Source: Euglena gracilis
Taxonomy: Eukaryota
Length of the DNA: 64,000 nucleotides
Assembly: GCA_039621445.1 (NCBI GenBank)
Contig: CP154954.1
Span: forward strand, 35,511,703-35,575,702
Reading direction: 5' to 3'
A program made the translations under genes and the position numbers. Positions within the stretch are counted from its first letter, which is position 1; each line of letters begins with the position of its first letter. The notes below the pieces were generated by a model. That model saw only the letters and a program-made list of their open reading frames with translations, did not search any database and was not told the origin of the DNA. Shown in pieces: positions 60,161-64,000 of this stretch.

Positions 60161-63100
60161 CCCAGACCGGTGCACGCTGGAGGAGGTGACACGAAGGGGG
60201 AGGGAGAAAAAGACCAGGTTCGGAACACATTTTTCAGGGCCACCCCCAGGGACCGGGGGGGCCACAGGGGAGGTCAAGCCGGCACACCTGGGGCAGGTGG
60301 GGAGAGCGGACCAGCCCAGGCGGATGCTGGACCTGTTCTGCGGGACAGGTTCAGTGGGGGACGTCTACCGCAGCCTCGGTTACCAGGTCACGTCGGTGGA
60401 CGTGGACCCCAGGTGGCGGCCAGACATTTGTGTTGACGTGCTGAAATGGAATTTTAAAAAACAGTTCCAGCCTGGGGATTTTGAGGTGGTGGTGTGCGGG
60501 GTCCCCTGCACCGAATTCAGCCTGGCGCTGACCACCAGGGAACGAGATTTAAAATTGGCTGATCGGCTGGTGCAGCGGGCCCTGGCCATCATCAGATACC
60601 TCCGCCCACGGCGGTGGTGGCTGGAAAACCCCCGGTACGGTTACCTGCGGACCCGCAGGTACATGGCAGGGATCCCACACGTGGACGTGGATTACTGCCA
60701 GTACGCTGACTGGGGCTACCAGAAGCCCACCAGGATATGGGGCAGCCCCCATGTCCTGGGTCTCCGGCCACGGGTGTGTGACGGCCGGACCTGCACCAAC
60801 CTGGAAAGCCCAGTACCTGAGGGGGGACGAAAGGGACGGCACAAAATTCGGCTCAGCAGCAAACACCAAAACCTGCCCAGGCACCTGAAATATCGGATCC
60901 CAGAGGCGCTCATCCGTGACCTGGCCACAGCACCGGCACCGGAGGCCCACGCTGCCGGGTCTCCGGAGCCAGAGCGGGACCCCCAGACAGAGCGAGGGGT
61001 GCCCTCGGTCTTGCTCCGTGAGGTGGGGCAGGGTGCCAGTGAACGGCAGCTGCTGATGCGGGTGCAGGCCAGGGGGCAGACCCACTTCATCAACGCCCTC
61101 ATTGACACAGGGGCAGAGGTGAACCTGGTCCGAAGAGGCATGCTACCCAGCACATACCTCCTGCCTGCCCCCAAGCCCCTGTCCCTGGTGACGGCTAGTG
61201 GAGCCAAGATGGAAGGGGGGGAACGTGAGGCAACCCTGGGCCTGGTCCTCCGGCGGGAGGGGGGCCTGGGTCAGGGGGAAGGGGCCCTGTGGACGGCCCC
61301 AGCCTCCTTCTATGAGGCAGACATCCACGTGGAGGCCATCATCGGCTTTCCGTGGCTGGAGGAAAACCAGCTCGGGGTGTTTCCACATCTCCGAGCCTTG
61401 GCATTGAGGGGAGAGCAGGTGGTCCTCCTTCGGGGACAGGGTGAGCAAGTTCAGCCAGCAGCCCACAAAAAGGCACAAAAGCGAGTGAGATACCTGAAAA
61501 TGGTGGAAAAAGTCAGAGCACTGCGGCTTGCTTTGCCAGAGGCAGCCCTGGGGGAGGACACCGAGGAGCCTGAGTGGGAGGAAAACCCCCTGCACGAGGA
61601 TGAGGCGACCCAGGAGACAGTGGCCAAGGAACTCCTGCGGGCAGCCCGGGAGGTCGAAGCACGGGCAGCCCAAGGGGTCATCCTTGTTCCCGAAGGGGAA
61701 CAGGTGACCAGCCAGCGGGCTGAGGAGCTCCGGGCAGCCCTCCGGAGGGACTTCGAGGGGGAGGTTCTCCGAGACAGGATTTGGGGGGAAAGAATCGTTC
61801 GGGGGCCCCTGGGGGAAGGGAAAATCGAATTAAAACCGGGATCTGTGGCAAAGAAACAGAGGCCCATCCACCTGACGGGGGAGAGGCACAGGGCCTTGTG
61901 TGACCTAGTGGATGAGTGGGTTCGGGACAAGAAGGTGGAGGAGGGGGTGCCAAGTGCCTGGAGCAGCCCCACATTCGTGGTGGCCAAGAAACAGGGGAAG
62001 TGGCGTGGGGTTGTGGATTTCCGGGCATTAAACGAGGCCACAGTGACGGATGCTTACCCCCTCCCCAGGATTGAAGACATCCTGGTGAACCAGGGACGGA
62101 GGTACCTGTTCTCCGTCCTTGATCTCAAGGATGCCTTCCATCAGGTGCCCCTGCACGAAGACTCACGCCCATACACCTGCTGCAGCACCCCCCGAGGGTC
62201 CAAGCAGTGGTGTGTGGTCGTGATGGGCCTGAAAAATGGAGTGGCCATTTTTCAGCGGGTGATCGACTACTCGCTGAGGGAAGTGGCTGATGTCGCCAAC
62301 CCATACGTTGACGACATCATCGTGGGGACAGAGTGGTGTGGCACGGAGGAAGCTACCATGGAGGCACACGACCAGGACATCAGGCGAGTGTTAGGGGCAC
62401 TGCGGGAACACCGCCTGGTCGTGGACAAAAACAAGTGCCGCTTCTTCGTAAGAGAAGTGGAGTTCTGTGGCCACATCCTGGGGGGAGGAAAACGGAGGCC
62501 AGCCCCGGGCAAACTCATGGCGCTGGAGAAGTGGGAGGAGCCCCGCACGATCACAGCCCTCAGGGGCTTTCTGGGCTTCACCAACTACTACTCCAGCTAC
62601 GTGAAGGAGTATGCCCGGTATGCAGCCCCCCTGATGGAACTCCTCAAGGTGGGACGTGTGGAAGGGAAAAAAGGCAGCAAAAAACCTGTGAAATTCGGCC
62701 AAGTGGAACGGGAGGCCTTCACCGCCCTGAAGCAGGAGCTCCTCCGGGGATTGGAGCTCCACACCATCAACCCGGACCAGCCATTCATTCTCCGGGTTGA
62801 TGCGAGCGACAAGGCGGTGGGGGCAGCCCTTGAACAGTTTTTGGAGCCAACGGAGGGGATGCCCACAGCCGTGGAGGCCACCACACGGAAAACCGTGCCT
62901 GTGGCCTTCTGCTCCAGGAAGCTCACGGCTGGGCAGGTGAAGAGCTGGTCTCCGCGAGAGAAGGAGAACGCCATCATCCTGGCCCTCCAAAAATGGGCCT
63001 CCTACATCGGCCTGCAGCCGGTGTTGGTCCTCACGGACCACAAGTCCCTGGAGGCCTGGGCCAAGGAAACCCTGGACACGCCCAGCGGACCTGCGGGAAG

Positions 63101-63161
63101 GCGGGGACGCTGGCATGAAATGTTCTCCCGGTTTGACCTTCACGTGGTCTACATCCGGTGA
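60057..63161 (+). CDS. pol: Pol polyprotein: C5-cytosine DNA methyltransferase, aspartic protease, reverse transcriptase, RNase H in one ORF
   Basis: MLDLFCGTG (60324-60350), GVPCTEFS (PC 60504-60509), WLENP (60624-60632), YQKPTRIW, YRIPEAL; ALIDTGA (Asp codon 61104) and IIGFPWL; WRGVVDFRALN, DLKDAFHQ, YVDD (62304-62315); RVDASDKAVGAAL, LTDH. Confidence 0.95.
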   Translation: MRQVTFPQGTRFFGRGEGLCRGTKWPITAFLLCGHPDRCTLEEVTRRGREKKTRFGTHFSGPPPGTGGATGEVKPAHLGQVGRADQPRRMLDLFCGTGSVGDVYRSLGYQVTSVDVDPRWRPDICVDVLKWNFKKQFQPGDFEVVVCGVPCTEFSLALTTRERDLKLADRLVQRALAIIRYLRPRRWWLENPRYGYLRTRRYMAGIPHVDVDYCQYADWGYQKPTRIWGSPHVLGLRPRVCDGRTCTNLESPVPEGGRKGRHKIRLSSKHQNLPRHLKYRIPEALIRDLATAPAPEAHAAGSPEPERDPQTERGVPSVLLREVGQGASERQLLMRVQARGQTHFINALIDTGAEVNLVRRGMLPSTYLLPAPKPLSLVTASGAKMEGGEREATLGLVLRREGGLGQGEGALWTAPASFYEADIHVEAIIGFPWLEENQLGVFPHLRALALRGEQVVLLRGQGEQVQPAAHKKAQKRVRYLKMVEKVRALRLALPEAALGEDTEEPEWEENPLHEDEATQETVAKELLRAAREVEARAAQGVILVPEGEQVTSQRAEELRAALRRDFEGEVLRDRIWGERIVRGPLGEGKIELKPGSVAKKQRPIHLTGERHRALCDLVDEWVRDKKVEEGVPSAWSSPTFVVAKKQGKWRGVVDFRALNEATVTDAYPLPRIEDILVNQGRRYLFSVLDLKDAFHQVPLHEDSRPYTCCSTPRGSKQWCVVVMGLKNGVAIFQRVIDYSLREVADVANPYVDDIIVGTEWCGTEEATMEAHDQDIRRVLGALREHRLVVDKNKCRFFVREVEFCGHILGGGKRRPAPGKLMALEKWEEPRTITALRGFLGFTNYYSSYVKEYARYAAPLMELLKVGRVEGKKGSKKPVKFGQVEREAFTALKQELLRGLELHTINPDQPFILRVDASDKAVGAALEQFLEPTEGMPTAVEATTRKTVPVAFCSRKLTAGQVKSWSPREKENAIILALQKWASYIGLQPVLVLTDHKSLEAWAKETLDTPSGPAGRRGRWHEMFSRFDLHVVYIR

Positions 63162-64000
63162 AAGGAAAACGTGGTGGCGGATGCCCTCAGCAGATGGGCA
63201 TATCCTGCCTCCAAGGCATTTGCCGACATCAGCCTCCACGGGAGCGAGGAGGATGATGAGGCATGATGAAGAAGAAAGAAGGGGGGGGGAGGGAGCGAGA
63301 ATGCGGGACACCGCACGGGGGGGAGGAACTCACGTGGCGGTGGAAAACACGCAGAGAGGAGACACAGCAGCACAGCACAAACCTGGCCCCAGCCCCACAG
63401 AGGGGGAGGGGGCTGAGGATTCAGTGCCAGGGGGCCCTGGCCCTGACCCCACAGGGGGGGAGGGGCCTGTGGACGCCCCCTCGGGAGATTCGGGTCCCAT
63501 CCTCATGGGAGGGGAGGGACCTGGGGTACCTGGGTTGGACACGCGGGAGACACGAGGTTCCCCACGTGCCCATCTTTTCGTGGATGAATTCGGGAATGAA
63601 CAGCCGGCAGGAGGGGGGGGGCGTGAGGAAGACAAAGCGGGGCGAAGAGTTGTGAGGGAGGACCTGCAGGCGAACCCCCCCATCAACGATCCCAACGGGG
63701 GGGATCTCGGGGAACCGTGGGGGAACCAATTTCACTTTCTCCAGACACGGGGGTGCACACCCAGGAGGAGGTGGAGGAGGATCCCTCCATCCCAGTGATG
63801 GACAGGGATTGGTCACGGGCATATGAAAATTGCCCTGTGTGGGGGCCTGTTTATGCAAGTGTGCAGGCCCCTGCAGGAGAGTGGCCTGAGGGAGTCCGTC
63901 TGTACGAGGACAAAATGTACACGGACGGGCTCCTCTGTGTGCCCACCAGCCTGATGGGGCTCGTGGTCCGGGCCCACCACGGGGACGCGGGCCACCCAGG
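63162..64000 (+). pseudogene. End of RNase H, low-complexity linker and start of integrase (frameshifted, truncated by window)
   Basis: NVVADALSRWAYP just after 63161 in a shifted frame; LCVP...VRAHHGDAGHP at about 63930-64000. Confidence 0.7.

Larger units (their letters stand above)
54431..64000 (+). mobile_element. Ty3/Gypsy LTR retrotransposon, element 2, carrying two DNA methyltransferase domains; 3' part outside the window
   Basis: Satellite breaks at ...aatcat|TGTGCGCGG; then gag with two CCHC knuckles, Dam-like domain, C5-MTase, PR, RT, RNase H and the start of the integrase zinc finger (AHHGDAGHP at the window end). Confidence 0.93.

Noticed and set aside
59765-60925. Bacterial restriction-modification locus or contamination
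   Set aside because: No endonuclease or operon context; the C5-MTase is in frame with retrotransposon PR-RT-RH and the element is joined to the eukaryotic satellite.
55223-63995. Long minus-strand ORFs in element 2 (e.g. 56186-57331, 56718-57677, 62391-63311)
   Set aside because: Antisense shadows of GC-rich coding sequence with no motifs.
54431-64000. DIRS-type element (because of the Dam-like domain)
   Set aside because: It has an aspartic protease, Gypsy-type RT/RNase H motifs and the start of an integrase HH finger; no tyrosine recombinase is seen in the window.

Overview
Eukaryotic, satellite-dominated (heterochromatin or centromere-like) DNA with no host genes evident. About 36 kb is a 213-bp tandem satellite in three blocks: 1-5734 (+), 20830-46134 (+) and 49824-54430 (inverted). 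A 3.7-kb island (46135-49822) at the inversion point holds a second ~213-bp repeat family, a hAT-type MITE and several short hairpins. Two different Ty3/Gypsy LTR retrotransposons are inserted in the satellite. Element 1 (5735-20829, 15.1 kb) is complete, with near-identical LTRs, a CTTAC target-site duplication and PBS/PPT. It is a chromodomain-bearing element with a hairpin-flanked amber stop between gag and protease, a remnant Dam-like domain between protease and RT, and about 4.6 kb of unexplained Cys-rich coding sequence after the integrase. Element 2 (54431 to beyond 64000) is the highlight: between gag (with an RRM-like insert) and protease-RT-RNaseH it encodes two DNA methyltransferase domains in tandem, an N6-adenine Dam-like domain (NPPY) and a C5-cytosine domain (FxGxG, PC, ENP), the latter in one reading frame with PR-RT-RH. 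Both elements have stops and frameshifts; some may be long-read indel errors. All domain calls are by-eye motif recognition; no searches were run.
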